DNA from: Eledone cirrhosa
Lineage: Eukaryota
NCBI GenBank assembly: GCA_964016885.1
Contig: OZ024741.1
Coordinates: 390,414,001-390,478,000, forward strand
DNA: 64,000 nt
Direction of reading: 5' to 3'
Under the pieces are notes generated by a model. It had not been told where the DNA came from. It was given only the letters and a program-made list of their open reading frames with translations, and made no database searches. Made by a program: the position numbers and the translations under genes. Each line of letters opens with the position of its first letter. Positions within the stretch are counted from its first letter, which is position 1. Shown piece by piece: positions 26,846 through 42,953 of this stretch.

Positions 26846-27954
26846 TATATTATGATATTTTGATATCTATTGGTCCTGGATTAAAATCCTACCTGGATCA
26901 ATTATATTTTTCATTTCTCCAAAATTAATCAAATAAGTACCAGAAATAAACAAGGTACAAAAAGGTTCATGTGGAAATGAATGGGAAAGGAAGTAAAAGA
27001 AGAGGAATACCATGAAAGACGTGGAGGTAATGAAACCCAAGGAGTTGATGAAGGAGTATGCAGACGATGGATGAAATGGTAAAGTTTATCGTGAGAACTG
27101 TAAGACTAACCTCTGCTTTAGCAAGGAAACTGGCCTTAAAATGCTTGTTATTGTTGTTTTACAGATAAGTAAAAGTCTGAGTAGAACAAGTCCCTTCAGT
27201 CAAGCAACTACAAACATTTAGAGAAATGAAACCATACATAAGCGAGATGCAAATCTCTGGCCTATCTAGATCAGTAGCCCCGTTTCAGTACTCACTTGGT
27301 TTATGTAGACTTACTCAACCCTTGCTAGCAGAGAAAGCGGACATTAAAATCATGATAATGACGATGATGATATGGTGTGATATTTCAAAGGTCAAGATAC
27401 AAAACTACATCAACATAGTGTGCTGGGCTTTCCTTTATGTATATTACTTGGTATACCAAGACACTTTCTTACTGGTCTTCACTGACCGATTCATTCAGGC
27501 TAAGTCCTTTGATGGTAACTAAATTACCAGAATTTTACAAAATTAATCCACAAGCTAACTTACAGATTACAATGCAAAATATTCTGAGACCAAATCAGAT
27601 ATTACTCTTTGGTTACCTATTCAAAGAGATAGTGTAACTTAGCTAATTTCCTCCACACCTTCAAATTAAATACAGATATCAGAACTTGGAATGCAATAGT
27701 AGTATGCAGCCTGCTTAAATATGAATGCAATGGAAACTGCACGTCACCAAGTAAATGGCTGCCATGTTCGACTCTGTTTTACTGCAAACTTAATTTTAGT
27801 CTATCTGTTTTTATCATGTGTGCTATCGGGTTTGTAATTACTAAGTAAATAAACCCACCATTAGAGGATTTAAATCAAGAGACTACAAAACTGCTTGTTA
27901 TTAACTCCAGCATTAATTCACAAGTGTTTACTTTCATGTAAGTTTTGACACATA

Positions 27955-28360
27955 AAACAGCCAGTCCATCCTGTAAGGTGATATGAGAAAAAACACCCAG
28001 TCGGCCCTGTAAGGTGGTCATGCTGGTGGCAAAACAAAAAGTGCCCAATCCACCCTGTAAGGTGGTCAAACTGGTGACATGACAAAAAGTAGCCAGTTCA
28101 CCTTGTACAGTGGTCATGCAAGTGACACGACAAAAAGCACTCGGTTCACGCTGTTATGTGGTCATTTTGGTGCCACAATAAAAAGTACCCAGTCCACACT
28201 GTATAGTTGTTGGTGTTAAGAAGGGCATCCAAGACAAAATATAGATCTGCATCAGTAAGTCATGGTAACCTAACCTGACTTGTCTCATAATATGACAACT
28301 CATTTAACACATGCAAACACAGAAAATGGACATAAAACAATGATGATGATGATGATGATA
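27955..28360 (+). mobile_element. RTE family A 3' UTR / partner SINE-like stub with about 5 diverged repeat units
   Basis: Repeated ctgtaaggtggtca...caaaaa units, aagggcatcc motif and (GAT)n tail; similar stubs at 7460-7656, 10310-10570 (-), 14190-14456, 30055-30270 (-), 31218-31470 (-). Confidence 0.8.
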
Positions 28361-29982
28361 ATAAGATCTACATCCAACATCATCAGCTTTATAATAAAGA
28401 TCTCTGGTGCAATCATACAGTATAAAAATAAATAGATAATAAAAGACATTTAAAAGTAAAATCTTTGAGAAAATAAATATATTTAATATTTGAACTTTAA
28501 CAAGCCTTAATTTTCAGATGATTTCTATTTTGTCAATGATATAACATTGAGAAGAAAAGACAAAGTTTTCACACTTATATACATACACTCTCTATAAAAA
28601 AGACAATGCAGAAGGCTGGCTTACATCTAAATGTAAGATGATTAAAAACCATGATTGTCCAATGTTACAATGACGATATGAATTATTCAATAAGTGAGAA
28701 TGGATGTAGTAGGAGGGGAGTTAGAATCAGAATTAGAAACCACATGTCTCTGTACATACTATAAGAGGTATGGGCATATTTACAGTTTATATTTTAATAT
28801 CCTTCCCACATAATGGAGAATAGAGACCAGTGGCGACATCTGACTATGGAAGTGTCTAAAGAGGTACCTTAATGACTGGTTGCATGAGTTGCAGGAATGG
28901 GATTAATTGATCTTGATATCAAATTTTGTAGTATTTAGTTAGATGGTCTAGTTGTAGAAGTGGTAAGTTAGAATAGATGGTAACTGTTAACAATTATAGT
29001 AGCTTGGTGTTTTAAAATGAAATCCTACAACCATTAACTTGGAATTTTCATTGATCTAAACTCACCAATAAATATCAGGAGCTTACTGAGATATTTAATC
29101 AAATACTAGGCTAAATCTGATGCATGTGTGTGTGAGAAGAAGAGGGGGTGAATGTGTGTGTGAAAGGGAGAAAGGGAGGAGGGAGAGAGTGAAAGAAAGA
29201 GAACTTCAGTTCAACTAGAGCTGAGATATATAATCAAATACATGGCTCAATCTGATGAGTGTGTGTGTGAGAGAGAGAGAGAGAATGAAAGAGAGAGAAA
29301 GTTCTCGATTATATAACAAATTAATTCAGGACTCAAACTTCAGTTCAAATAGAATTTGTTGGTTCAATTATTCAATATCAAAAACTGAATGTCAAAAACA
29401 TTAACAACACTAAAAAAGACAAAATAATACAAAATACAATAAATTAAAAATTTAAAGAAATATCATGCACTATTTAACAAATGGCTAAAATGAAATTGCC
29501 ACTGTCGAAGGGGAACTGAATTTGAATTATTATTATTGTATTCTTCCAGTAGCATGGCTGTTTGGCACCAAGAATATCATAAGAAGGATCTGTAGTAGGT
29601 TGCCTTCATAAAATAAAATTTACTGAAAACTTTGATGCAAATGAGAAAAGACTGAAAGATAACTCTAATTGATAAGTAGAGTGATGAGTGCATTGTATAT
29701 CCTATAAAGGTTAGCCGGAATAATGTTTCTTAATTGCCAGCATATCCAACATAGCTACATTTCCATAACAAAATATAAAGTTTCATTTTGCCCAAACTGC
29801 TACTATACATACGCAAAATAAAAATATACTTCATACCAAACTATTTAGAAAACTGTTGATACAACTATAGTGTATTCATCACTTACACACATTCTGCACC
29901 AAGACAATATTACCAAAAGACAAAGCTTATTAATATCCTTAAATATAGAAACACACAATTTTAAACAGTGTCCTTTCTTTAC

Positions 29983-30036
29983 ACCTTGTACTGCAATGAA
30001 CTGAGGCTGCTAACTCTTCACCATCTTCATCTAAAC
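29983..30036 (-). CDS. Candidate 54-bp micro-exon (G)LDEDGEELAASVHCSTR
   Basis: AG/GT bounded, phase 1-1, frame-preserving between the neighbouring exons; splice sites are weak. Confidence 0.3.
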
Positions 30037-30734
30037 CTATACATTACATTAAACATCATCATCATTTAACATCCACTTTTCCATGCTAGCATGAGTTAGA
30101 AAAGTTGTCCCATTGTGAAACAAGTTCAATCAGTTGACCATGTCTTGCTCAATACAGAATCATTTCTGGCTTGGTTTCTACAGCTGGATGCTCTTCCTAA
30201 TGCCAACTACATTTGCAGCATGGACTGAATGATTTTTTTTATGTGGCATCAAAATGACCACTTTACAAAGTAATATAATTGTCACTGCACATACTGTCAC
30301 TTTTAGTTTGTCAAAAAGCACTGTACTTCTATATAATTCGTCTCCCAATTCATTTCACCAACAATTGCAACAATTTGAATTGGGCATCAATTAGACCAGG
30401 CTTGACAACCTTTTTCAAACAGTGGGCCACATGAAATATGATTCATCATAAGGCATGCCACACTACTAAAAAGAATTCAAGGTAATTTTTTCAGAAAAGC
30501 AAATGAGTGACATACAGTCCATGAGCCACAGTAACTGAATTAGACCAAATTGCATCTAGTTTTCATATCATAGTTAAAGAAGCTTTTTAAATGCCAAGAA
30601 CTCTGTCCCTTCTTCCAGTTAACATGAAGGTCATAACATAACAAGTATTTTATAAGAGGGTGTTTCTTTTTCAAGGCAACTACTTTGAAAAAGAATATAT
30701 TCATGTATGCATATAAAAAAACTAGAGTCAGTTT

Positions 30735-30915
30735 TTATATGGATAATGAACCAGCAAGAACAGCAATGTCATGGTTACCAGCTATTGGGAAAAGACCAAA
30801 AAAACCTGGAGATCCACCCTTAAAGATGGCCTCCACATGTGTGGCAAAAACTGGTTTCAAGAACCAACTCTTGCCAGAGACAGAGAAAGATGGAAGAGCA
30901 TGGTGGCCTGTTGCA
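30735..30915 (+). mobile_element. RTE-like LINE 3' fragment
   Basis: PARTAMSWLPAIGKRPK and TWRSTLKD...LARDRERWKSMV. Confidence 0.7.
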
Positions 30916-31898
30916 GTGAGGGTGAAGGAACCAGATGTATGGAAATTCTACAATAAGGTCAGACGAGATGCCATTGGGTAAAGAACCATTCTCCACTTGC
31001 TTCACTTTAATCAATCTTCACCAATCAGGCTTCTCTAGTATTTTGTGACTTAGTCTATCAAATTGTCCAGTAGGTTTTCATGCAACATTGCAAACATTGT
31101 TAAATTAGCTAAATATTCACACAGTTGTCTTCTAAACTCCACAGACTTCAATTTAACTCTCTAAATTTCTTACAATAGTCCAATACATTTTTCTCGGTTA
31201 CACTCAAACTTAACCTATCATCATCGTCATTATCATCATCATTTAACATCCATTTTTCACATTTGTATGGGTTAGACGGGTTGTCATATGAGACAAGTCA
31301 GGTCAGGTGACCATGTCTTGCTCATATGGATCTGTATTTTGGCTTGGTTTTCTACAACTGGATGCCCTTCCTAATGCCAATCATATTACAACATGGACTT
31401 GGTACTTTTTATTATTGCACCAAAACAACCACTTAACAGAGTGGACTTGGTGCCTTTTGTTGTGTCGCCAGCACAAGAACAACAAAAACTATATGATCTA
31501 GTTTATTTTCCAATGTTGTCATCCTAAAGAACAATTTAACTCCCCATTTTCTATTTTTGTAAAAGGACAACTCCACTGAAAATCATACATCAAACCTCCA
31601 TGGTTAGTCAGAGAAGAAGGGCAGTGCTTAAGACCTTTGATGGCCCTTCTCAAGCACTTATGAATATCTGCAGATGAATGTCAGAAGGAGAGACATGGAT
31701 GATGAGAGACATTTTCAAAGATCTGGTCTGAATGTTGGCAACAGAGTGAATTCCAATAAAGGCACCCAAGGACCAGATATTATCATCATCATTATCATCA
31801 TCGTTTTAACATCTTCTTTCCCTGCAAGCAAGGGTTGGATGGATCTACACAAATCAAGTCAATACTGAAGCAGGGATCCTGACTTCCCAGTCAGGCTG

Positions 31899-31990
31899 GG
31901 GGGTCTGTTATTTTACTTATCAGATAAATGGAATTAAACTGAAGATTCAGTTTAATTCCATTTATCTGATAAGTAAAATAACAGACCCCC
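31899..31990. repeat. Perfect 45-bp inverted repeat with a 2-nt spacer
   Basis: 31899-31943 is the exact reverse complement of 31946-31990. Confidence 0.97.
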
Positions 31991-32435
31991 GATCGAACAG
32001 CCAAGATAAAAATATTCATTCAATTCCTTCTAGTAATATCAGGGGCAGATGAAGTATGCATGGGGCCCATGCTGAAAGTTTCATTGGCGCCTTTGCGTCA
32101 AACTGATTTATGACATTTACGGTAACAAAAAATAAACTTTAGGCCCTTTAAATACTGTGGCCATTGGTTATAGCTATGTCAGATGCCCTCCCTTATCCAC
32201 CACTATTAGAAACATTGTCACCATTATCGTTTTCAATAATATTATCCAATCTTTATCGAATCATAAAGAATAGTTCCTAAAAAACTGCTTCTAGTCCGTT
32301 TCTAGTTTTGTCCCAATCTAATGTGAAATGCTAAAAAGAAGTTTGCGGGGGGAAGACAGGATGTGGATATTTCAAATATTTCACTGCCAAAGTCAAAACC
32401 AAATTTTTCTAATAGCAAAAGATGATTACAAAATC

Positions 32436-32474
<39 letters not shown>

Positions 32475-33702
32475 CAAACAAACACACTCATTTACATGAA
32501 TGAAAAACATATTCAAATCTAGAAAATATATATTTAAAAAAATAAAGAATAGATTACATTAACAAAAACAAAACAAAGCTAAAATAAATGCATTTACTCA
32601 ACTTGAATTTTGTTGAAATTTGGACTCAGACAAAAGATTAAAGGAACAATAATAGCATTAATCTTTTTAGATATCAACCTGTTTGAAACTTCCCTGGTTC
32701 TATGATACAAAACTGCACATTTCAAAATCGTTATACTTATATTAAAACCTTCCATCATAATTTTAAACTAGAAATTTTTGTTAAGTAATGTTCCAGACAT
32801 CAGCTTACTAAGGAAACAGATATTTTACTAAATTCCTTCAAATGTTTGGTTATATTCAAAATCAACTGAAACACATTTTTAGTATATTTCATTAAAAATA
32901 TGATAATGAAAGTGTTAAATACATCTTAAACCGAAGGCAATGTATTATTCTTATTGTATTTGGTACACAAAGGGTGATAGAACTAGTTGGAACAGGGCTA
33001 CTGTCTGGGTGGTTTTGTCTGTGTCTAGGTCTACAGGAATCCAGTACAAGTAAGCCAACAAAACTTTTTAATTATATCGAGCTCCCAAGTGATGTGAGAT
33101 TAATTTCCTGCCCCATTGGCCTGTACTACAAAGAGCAAAGTACCATGAATAAATATATATCATAGTGCTTACCTGTGATACCTATTTAAAGCTATATGTA
33201 TATCTGTCACTAAAAGTAAAGTACCACGGACATACACACAACACAGCACAGCAAGCATCTGTACCTACTCCTGTGATACCTATTTAAAGTTACACATCAC
33301 TAAGAGTAAAGTACCATAGATATACACACAACACAGTAGAGCAAGCATCTGTACTGACTCTTGTGGTACATATTTACATCCATTTGGCCCTGTGTCACAA
33401 AGTTCCATTGATGTGAACATAGCATAGTGCTTACAGCAAGGATCTGTATCTACCTCATAGGAGGTTTCTTGGGTATTTTTAATGATAGGGGCCCCAGTCC
33501 TATCATGAAAATCAATATGAAATGAAAAGTCTTGCTCAAGGTCACAACATGCTACCCATTCCAGAAATCAAACCCACAACTATGAGTTAAACACCCTAAC
33601 CACTAGGCCATGCATCTTCACATGGTATGTGTCTCTAGCCCTATTGATTTGTATCATCAGAAATACAGCACAGCACTTGCAACAAAACAACTAATTATAG
33701 GC

Positions 33703-33855
33703 CAGTGTTTCTCAACCTTTCTTGCCTCATGGCCCACTTGAATTTTCCAAAAGAACATACACCCCATGGTGATCAAATAATTTAGTATACAGTATAATAT
33801 ATACACTCAGTCTTGAAGTCCAAAATATTGCTATGCTCCACCTTGAGAAATACTG
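33703..33855. mobile_element. hAT (Charlie-like) MITE
   Basis: TIRs cagtgtttctcaa / ttgagaaatactg; degenerate 8-bp flanks ttataggc / ctttaggt. Confidence 0.6.
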
Positions 33856-34084
33856 CTTTAGGTCCTTTCATTGATTGTCTTAAAGGAAAGTCTATGAACA
33901 AAAAAGGGATTATCTTCTTTCAAGGGTTTTTATCATTAAGGGAATGTGTTCCATATTCAATGTCTGAACCAAATTACATCACAATAATATATAATTTTAA
34001 AAATGCCCCCCAAAACAAAACAAAACAAAAAAACAACAACAAATCATGTATAGACATATATTCAATTTTAAAAACAAAGAATAC

Positions 34085-34137
<53 letters not shown>

Positions 34138-34177
34138 TACGTACATATATATATATATATATATATATGTACGTATG

Positions 34178-34271
<94 letters not shown>

Positions 34272-34376
34272 TATATATATATGTATATATATATACACAT
34301 ATATATATACACATATATATATATACATATATATATAGCGTGGAACATGGACGGTAAACGTTGATGATCATGATGA

Positions 34377-34448
<72 letters not shown>

Positions 34449-34504
34449 GTATATATAAGTACACATATATATATACATATATATATATGTATATATAAGT
34501 ACAC

Positions 34505-34545
<41 letters not shown>

Positions 34546-34608
34546 AGTACACATATATATATACATATATATATATATATGTATATATATGTACACATAT
34601 ATATATAC

Positions 34609-34639
<31 letters not shown>

Positions 34640-35532
34640 CATATATATATATGTATATATATGTACACATATATATATATACATATATATATATGTATAT
34701 ATATGTACACATATATATATATACATATATATATATGTATATATATGTACACATATATATATATACATATATATACATATATATATACATATATATATAT
34801 ATGTATATATACATATATATATATACACATATATATATATGTATATATATGTACACATATATATATACACATATATATATATGTATATATATGTACACAT
34901 ATATATATACACATATATATATATGTATATATATGTACATATATATATATACACACATATATATATGTATATATATGTACATATATATATACATATATAC
35001 ATATATATATATGTACATATATATATACATGTACATATATATATATATATATGTACATATATGTATATATATACATACCCTTGCAAGCAGGGAAGAGCGA
35101 ACGTAAAATGATGATGATGATGAGATATGTATATATATATGTACATATATATATACATATATATACATATATATATATATGTATATATATGTACATATAT
35201 ATATAAATATACACATACATACATATATATATATATATACATACATATATATATAAATATACACATACATATATATATATATACATACATATATATATAA
35301 ATATACACATACATATATATATATATATACATACATATATATATATAAATATACACATACATATATATATATACATACATATCTATATAAATATACACAT
35401 ACATATATATATATATACATACATATATATATAAATATACACATACATATATATATATATACATACATATATATATAAATATACACATACATATATATAT
35501 ATATATACATACATATATAAATATACACATAC

Positions 35533-35567
<35 letters not shown>

Positions 35568-35596
35568 CATATAATATAATACATATATAAATATAT

Positions 35597-35670
<74 letters not shown>

Positions 35671-35691
35671 CATATATATATATATATATAT

Positions 35692-35732
<41 letters not shown>

Positions 35733-36096
35733 CATATATATATATATCTATATATATACACATACATATATATATATACACATATATATATATACACATA
35801 TATATATATATATACATACATATATAATATACATACATATATACATATACATACATATATACATACATTATATATATATACATAGATATATGCACATATA
35901 TCATACATATATACATATACATACATATATATGCACATATATATATACATACATATATACATACATATATATACACATATATATATACATACATATACAC
36001 ATATATATATACATACATATATACATACATATATATACACATATATATATACATACATATATATACACATATATATACACATATATATATATATAC

Positions 36097-36127
<31 letters not shown>

Positions 36128-36147
36128 CACATATATATACACATATA

Positions 36148-36185
<38 letters not shown>

Positions 36186-36205
36186 CACATATATATACAC
36201 ATATA

Positions 36206-36243
<38 letters not shown>

Positions 36244-36263
36244 CACATATATATACACATATA

Positions 36264-36301
<38 letters not shown>

Positions 36302-36324
36302 CACATATATATATATATACATAC

Positions 36325-36355
<31 letters not shown>

Positions 36356-36571
36356 CACATATATATACACATATATATATATATACATACGTATATATAT
36401 ATATATACATACATATATACATACATATATATACACATATATATATACATACATATATACATACATATATATATATACATACATATATATATATACATAC
36501 ATATATATATATATATATACATACATACATATACATACATATATATACACATACATATATATACACATATA

Positions 36572-36609
<38 letters not shown>

Positions 36610-36632
36610 CACATATATATATATATACATAC

Positions 36633-36663
<31 letters not shown>

Positions 36664-36811
36664 CACATATATATACATATATATATATATATATACATAC
36701 GTATATATATATATATATATATATACATACATATATACATACATATATATACACATACATATATACATACATATATATACACATATATATATATATATAT
36801 ATACTACATAC

Positions 36812-36844
<33 letters not shown>

Positions 36845-36943
36845 CACATACATATATATACACATACATATATATATATACATACATATATATATATACA
36901 TACATATATATATACACATATATATATACACATATATATATAC

Positions 36944-36976
<33 letters not shown>

Positions 36977-37189
36977 CATACATACATATACACATATATA
37001 TACATACATACATACATATACACATATATATACATACATATATATACACATATATATATGTATACATACATATATATATGTACATACATATATATACACA
37101 CATATATATATATATATATACATACATATATATATGTACATACATATATATACACATACATATATATATATATATACACATATATATAT

Positions 37190-37230
<41 letters not shown>

Positions 37231-37261
37231 CATATATAAATATATATACACATATATATAT

Positions 37262-37293
<32 letters not shown>

Positions 37294-37297
37294 ATAC

Positions 37298-37330
<33 letters not shown>

Positions 37331-37437
37331 CATACATATATATATATACATATATACATACATATATATATATACATACATATATATATATACATACATA
37401 TATATATATACATACATATATATATATACATACATAC

Positions 37438-37468
<31 letters not shown>

Positions 37469-37513
37469 CATACATATATATATACATACATACATATATA
37501 TATACATACATAC

Positions 37514-37544
<31 letters not shown>

Positions 37545-37569
37545 CATACATATATATATACATACATAC

Positions 37570-37630
<61 letters not shown>

Positions 37631-37631
37631 C

Positions 37632-37678
<47 letters not shown>

Positions 37679-38354
37679 CATATATATATATATACATACA
37701 TATATATATATACATACATATATATATATATACATACATATATATATACATACATATATATATATATACACATACATATATATACATATATATATATATA
37801 TACATACATACATATACACATACATACATACATATACATACATATATATATACATATATATATATATACATATATATATACATACATATATATATATACA
37901 TACATATATATATATATACATACATATATATATATACATACATATATATATATACATACATATATATATATACATACATATATATATATACATACATATA
38001 TATATATACATACATATATATATATATACATACATATATATATACATATATATATATATATACATACATATAAATATATATATATATACATATACATACA
38101 TATAAATATATATATACATATATATATATATACATACATATATACATACATACATATATACATACATATATATATATATATATACATACATATATACATA
38201 CATATATATATATACATACATATATACATACATATATATATATATAATACATATATATATATATATATACATACATATATATATATATACATACATATAT
38301 ATATATATACATACATATATATATATATATATACATACATATATATATATATAC

Positions 38355-38394
<40 letters not shown>

Positions 38395-38398
38395 ATAC

Positions 38399-38445
<47 letters not shown>

Positions 38446-38533
38446 CATATATATATATATATACATACATATATATATATATATACATACATATATATAT
38501 ATATACATACATATATATATATATATATATACA

Positions 38534-38872
38534 TACAATATTAAATAAATGGAAACTATATTTATAAAACCATATTTATTTCATTATATATATACTGCCA
38601 ATTCAACCTTTTCAAATACAAGTCGATGTTGTTACGGTATGTCGAATCTATTTATCTATAAAACTGTTTATATTGTATTTTGTCTGAGGAAGGCATGGCA
38701 TATTGTTAATATGTTATCCCTAAAATATATATAATGAAATAAATATGGTTTTATAAATATAGTTTTCCATTTATTTAATATTGTAAATATACTCCAAATA
38801 TTTGTCGAGTGCTTTTATATCAGTTATAAATATTTACTAGTTGTAACCCAACAATTTTAAATATAACTTTCC
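38534..38872 (+). mobile_element. Fold-back element with degenerate hammerhead ribozyme motif (Penelope pLTR-like)
   Basis: About 60-bp inverted arms at 38534-38593 and 38725-38785; CTGAGGA core, stem II, AAAA in place of GAAA, and stem I. Confidence 0.6.
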
Positions 38873-38948
38873 ATATATATATACATACATATTTATACAT
38901 ATATACATACATATATATATATACATACATATATATATATATATACAT

Positions 38949-39112
38949 ACCCCACACTGTAAATGTGGTTGGTGTTAGGAAGGGCATCCAACTGTAGAAA
39001 ACCCGCCAGACAGTCCTATGCGAGCAAGACAACCACTCTTGCCTCAAGTGGGAAAACCCCCGTCCAAACCCATGCAAGCGTGGAACACGGATGCTAAACC
39101 TGATGATGATGA
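38949..39112 (+). mobile_element. 3' end of the young RTE family A
   Basis: Near-identical to 63714-63880. Confidence 0.93.
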
Positions 39113-39393
39113 TATATATACATATATACATACATACATATATATATATATATACATATATACATACATACATATATATATATATATACATATATACATA
39201 CATATATATATATATATATACATATATACATACATATATATATATATATATACATATATACATACATATATATATATATATATACATATATACATACATA
39301 TATATATATATATACATATATACATACATATATATATATATATATACATATATACATACATATATATATATAGATATATATATATATATACAC

Positions 39394-39424
<31 letters not shown>

Positions 39425-39533
39425 CATATATACATACACATATATATATACATACACATATATATATACATACATATATATATACATATATACATGCACA
39501 TATATATATACATATATACATGCACATATATAT

Positions 39534-39564
<31 letters not shown>

Positions 39565-39997
39565 CATATATACATACACATATATATATACATACATATA
39601 TACATACACATATATATATACATACATATATACATACATATATACATACATACATACATATATACATACATATATACATACATATATATATACATACATA
39701 TATACATACATACATATATACATACATATATATATACATACATATATATATACATACATATATATATACATACATCTATATATACATACATCTATATATA
39801 CATACATATATATATACATACATACATATATACATACATATATATATACATACATATATATATACATACATATATATATACATACATATATATATACATA
39901 CATATATATATACATACATATATATATACATACATATATATATACATACATATATATATACATACATATATATATACATACATATATATATACATAC

Positions 39998-40046
<49 letters not shown>

Positions 40047-40055
40047 CATACATAT

Positions 40056-40152
<97 letters not shown>

Positions 40153-40165
40153 CATACATATATAT

Positions 40166-40196
<31 letters not shown>

Positions 40197-40318
40197 CATA
40201 CATATATATATATATATATACATACACATATATATATATATACATACATATATATATATACATACATATATATATATATATATACATACATATATATATA
40301 TATATAGATACATGTATA

Positions 40319-40350
<32 letters not shown>

Positions 40351-40507
40351 CATACATATACATACATATATACATACATATATATATATATATATATACA
40401 TACATACATATATATATAAATACATATATATATACATGCATATATATATATATACATACATATATACATGCATATATATATATATATATACATATATATA
40501 TACATGC

Positions 40508-40540
<33 letters not shown>

Positions 40541-40605
40541 CATACATATATACATGCATATATATATATATACATACATATATATATACATACATATATA
40601 TATAC

Positions 40606-41054
40606 ATGGTGGCTGCCAACTCGTTTTCGAGTACGGCCACTACTTTATATCCATGTAGGAGAACCCCTACCGATGCGCTGAACGAGTGTGACTTTTTAGT
40701 CCAGCCAGCGACTTGAAAACTCTGGTACAAACACTACACTTGTGACAATTACTGACACATAGTGCTGGGCCCATGGTACCATGTGACGACAAGTGCAGAG
40801 AGATCTCCAGATATAAAGCAATGCCTGTGCCGTGAAGCTTTTATAGTGAGCAAAGGCACTGCACAAAGCCAGTCCCACTCTCTTAACCAAGATGATATTT
40901 ACCAAAAAGAAGAACAAGTCAACATCATTGGATACCATCAGGGTTGCAGGTGTTATATCAGAGTTTTCCTTCTCCTAGAATTCTGCCTTAACAAAGGCTA
41001 AGGGGTCATCTCTCCCGGAGAATTCTGCCTTAACAAAGGCTAAGGGGTCATCTC
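40606..41054 (-). mobile_element. Bipartite non-autonomous RTE-derived element (5' UTR-like segment plus C2H2-finger 3' end)
   Basis: Minus strand ctaggagaaggaaaactctga motif; [23 protein letters not shown] at 40738-40667; 36-bp duplication at 40977-41012 / 41019-41054. Confidence 0.65.
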
Positions 41055-41086
41055 ATACATACATACATACATATATATATACATAC

Positions 41087-41120
<34 letters not shown>

Positions 41121-41144
41121 ACATACATATATATATATACATAC

Positions 41145-41206
<62 letters not shown>

Positions 41207-41483
41207 ATTTATACATAAATATATATATACATACATATATATATACATACATATATACATACATATATATATACATACATATATACATACATATATATAT
41301 ATACATACATATATATATACATACATATATATATACATACATATATATATACATACATATATATATACATACATATATATATACATACATACATATATAC
41401 ATACATACATATATACATACATATATATATACATACATATATATATACATACATACATATATACATACATATATATATATACA

Positions 41484-41515
<32 letters not shown>

Positions 41516-41588
41516 CATACATACATATATATATATATACATACATATATATATATATACATACATACATATATACATACATATATAT

Positions 41589-41631
<43 letters not shown>

Positions 41632-41636
41632 CATAT

Positions 41637-41675
<39 letters not shown>

Positions 41676-41680
41676 CATAT

Positions 41681-41711
<31 letters not shown>

Positions 41712-41826
41712 CATACATACATATATACATACATATATACATACATATATATATACATACATATATATATACATACATATATATATATATACATACATAT
41801 ATATATATATATATATACATACATAT

Positions 41827-41857
<31 letters not shown>

Positions 41858-41866
41858 CATACATAT

Positions 41867-41897
<31 letters not shown>

Positions 41898-41906
41898 CAT
41901 ACATAT

Positions 41907-41937
<31 letters not shown>

Positions 41938-42010
41938 CATACATATATACATACATATATATATATATATACATACATACATATATACATACATATATAT
42001 ATATATATAC

Positions 42011-42047
<37 letters not shown>

Positions 42048-42056
42048 CATACATAT

Positions 42057-42089
<33 letters not shown>

Positions 42090-42309
42090 CATACATATAT
42101 ACATACATATATATATATATATACATACATACATATATACATACATATATACATACATATATACATACATATATACATACATATATATATACATACATAT
42201 ATATATACATACATATATATATACATACATATATATATACATACATATATATATACATACATATATATATACATACATACATACATACATACATACATAC
42301 ATACATACA

Positions 42310-42361
<52 letters not shown>

Positions 42362-42394
42362 CATACATATATATATACATACATATATATATAC

Positions 42395-42425
<31 letters not shown>

Positions 42426-42502
42426 CATACATAGATATATATATACATTCATATATATATATATACATTCATATATATATATATACATTCATATATATAT
42501 AC

Positions 42503-42533
<31 letters not shown>

Positions 42534-42578
42534 CATACATACATACATACATACATATACATACATACATACATATAT

Positions 42579-42641
<63 letters not shown>

Positions 42642-42696
42642 CATACATACATACATACATATATATACATACATACATACATACATATATATATAT

Positions 42697-42763
<67 letters not shown>

Positions 42764-42922
42764 CATACATATATATATATATATACATGCATACATATAT
42801 ATATATATATATACATACATACATATATATATACATACATATATACATACATATATATATATATATATACATACATACATATATATATACATACATATAT
42901 ACATACATATATATATATATAT

Positions 42923-42953
<31 letters not shown>

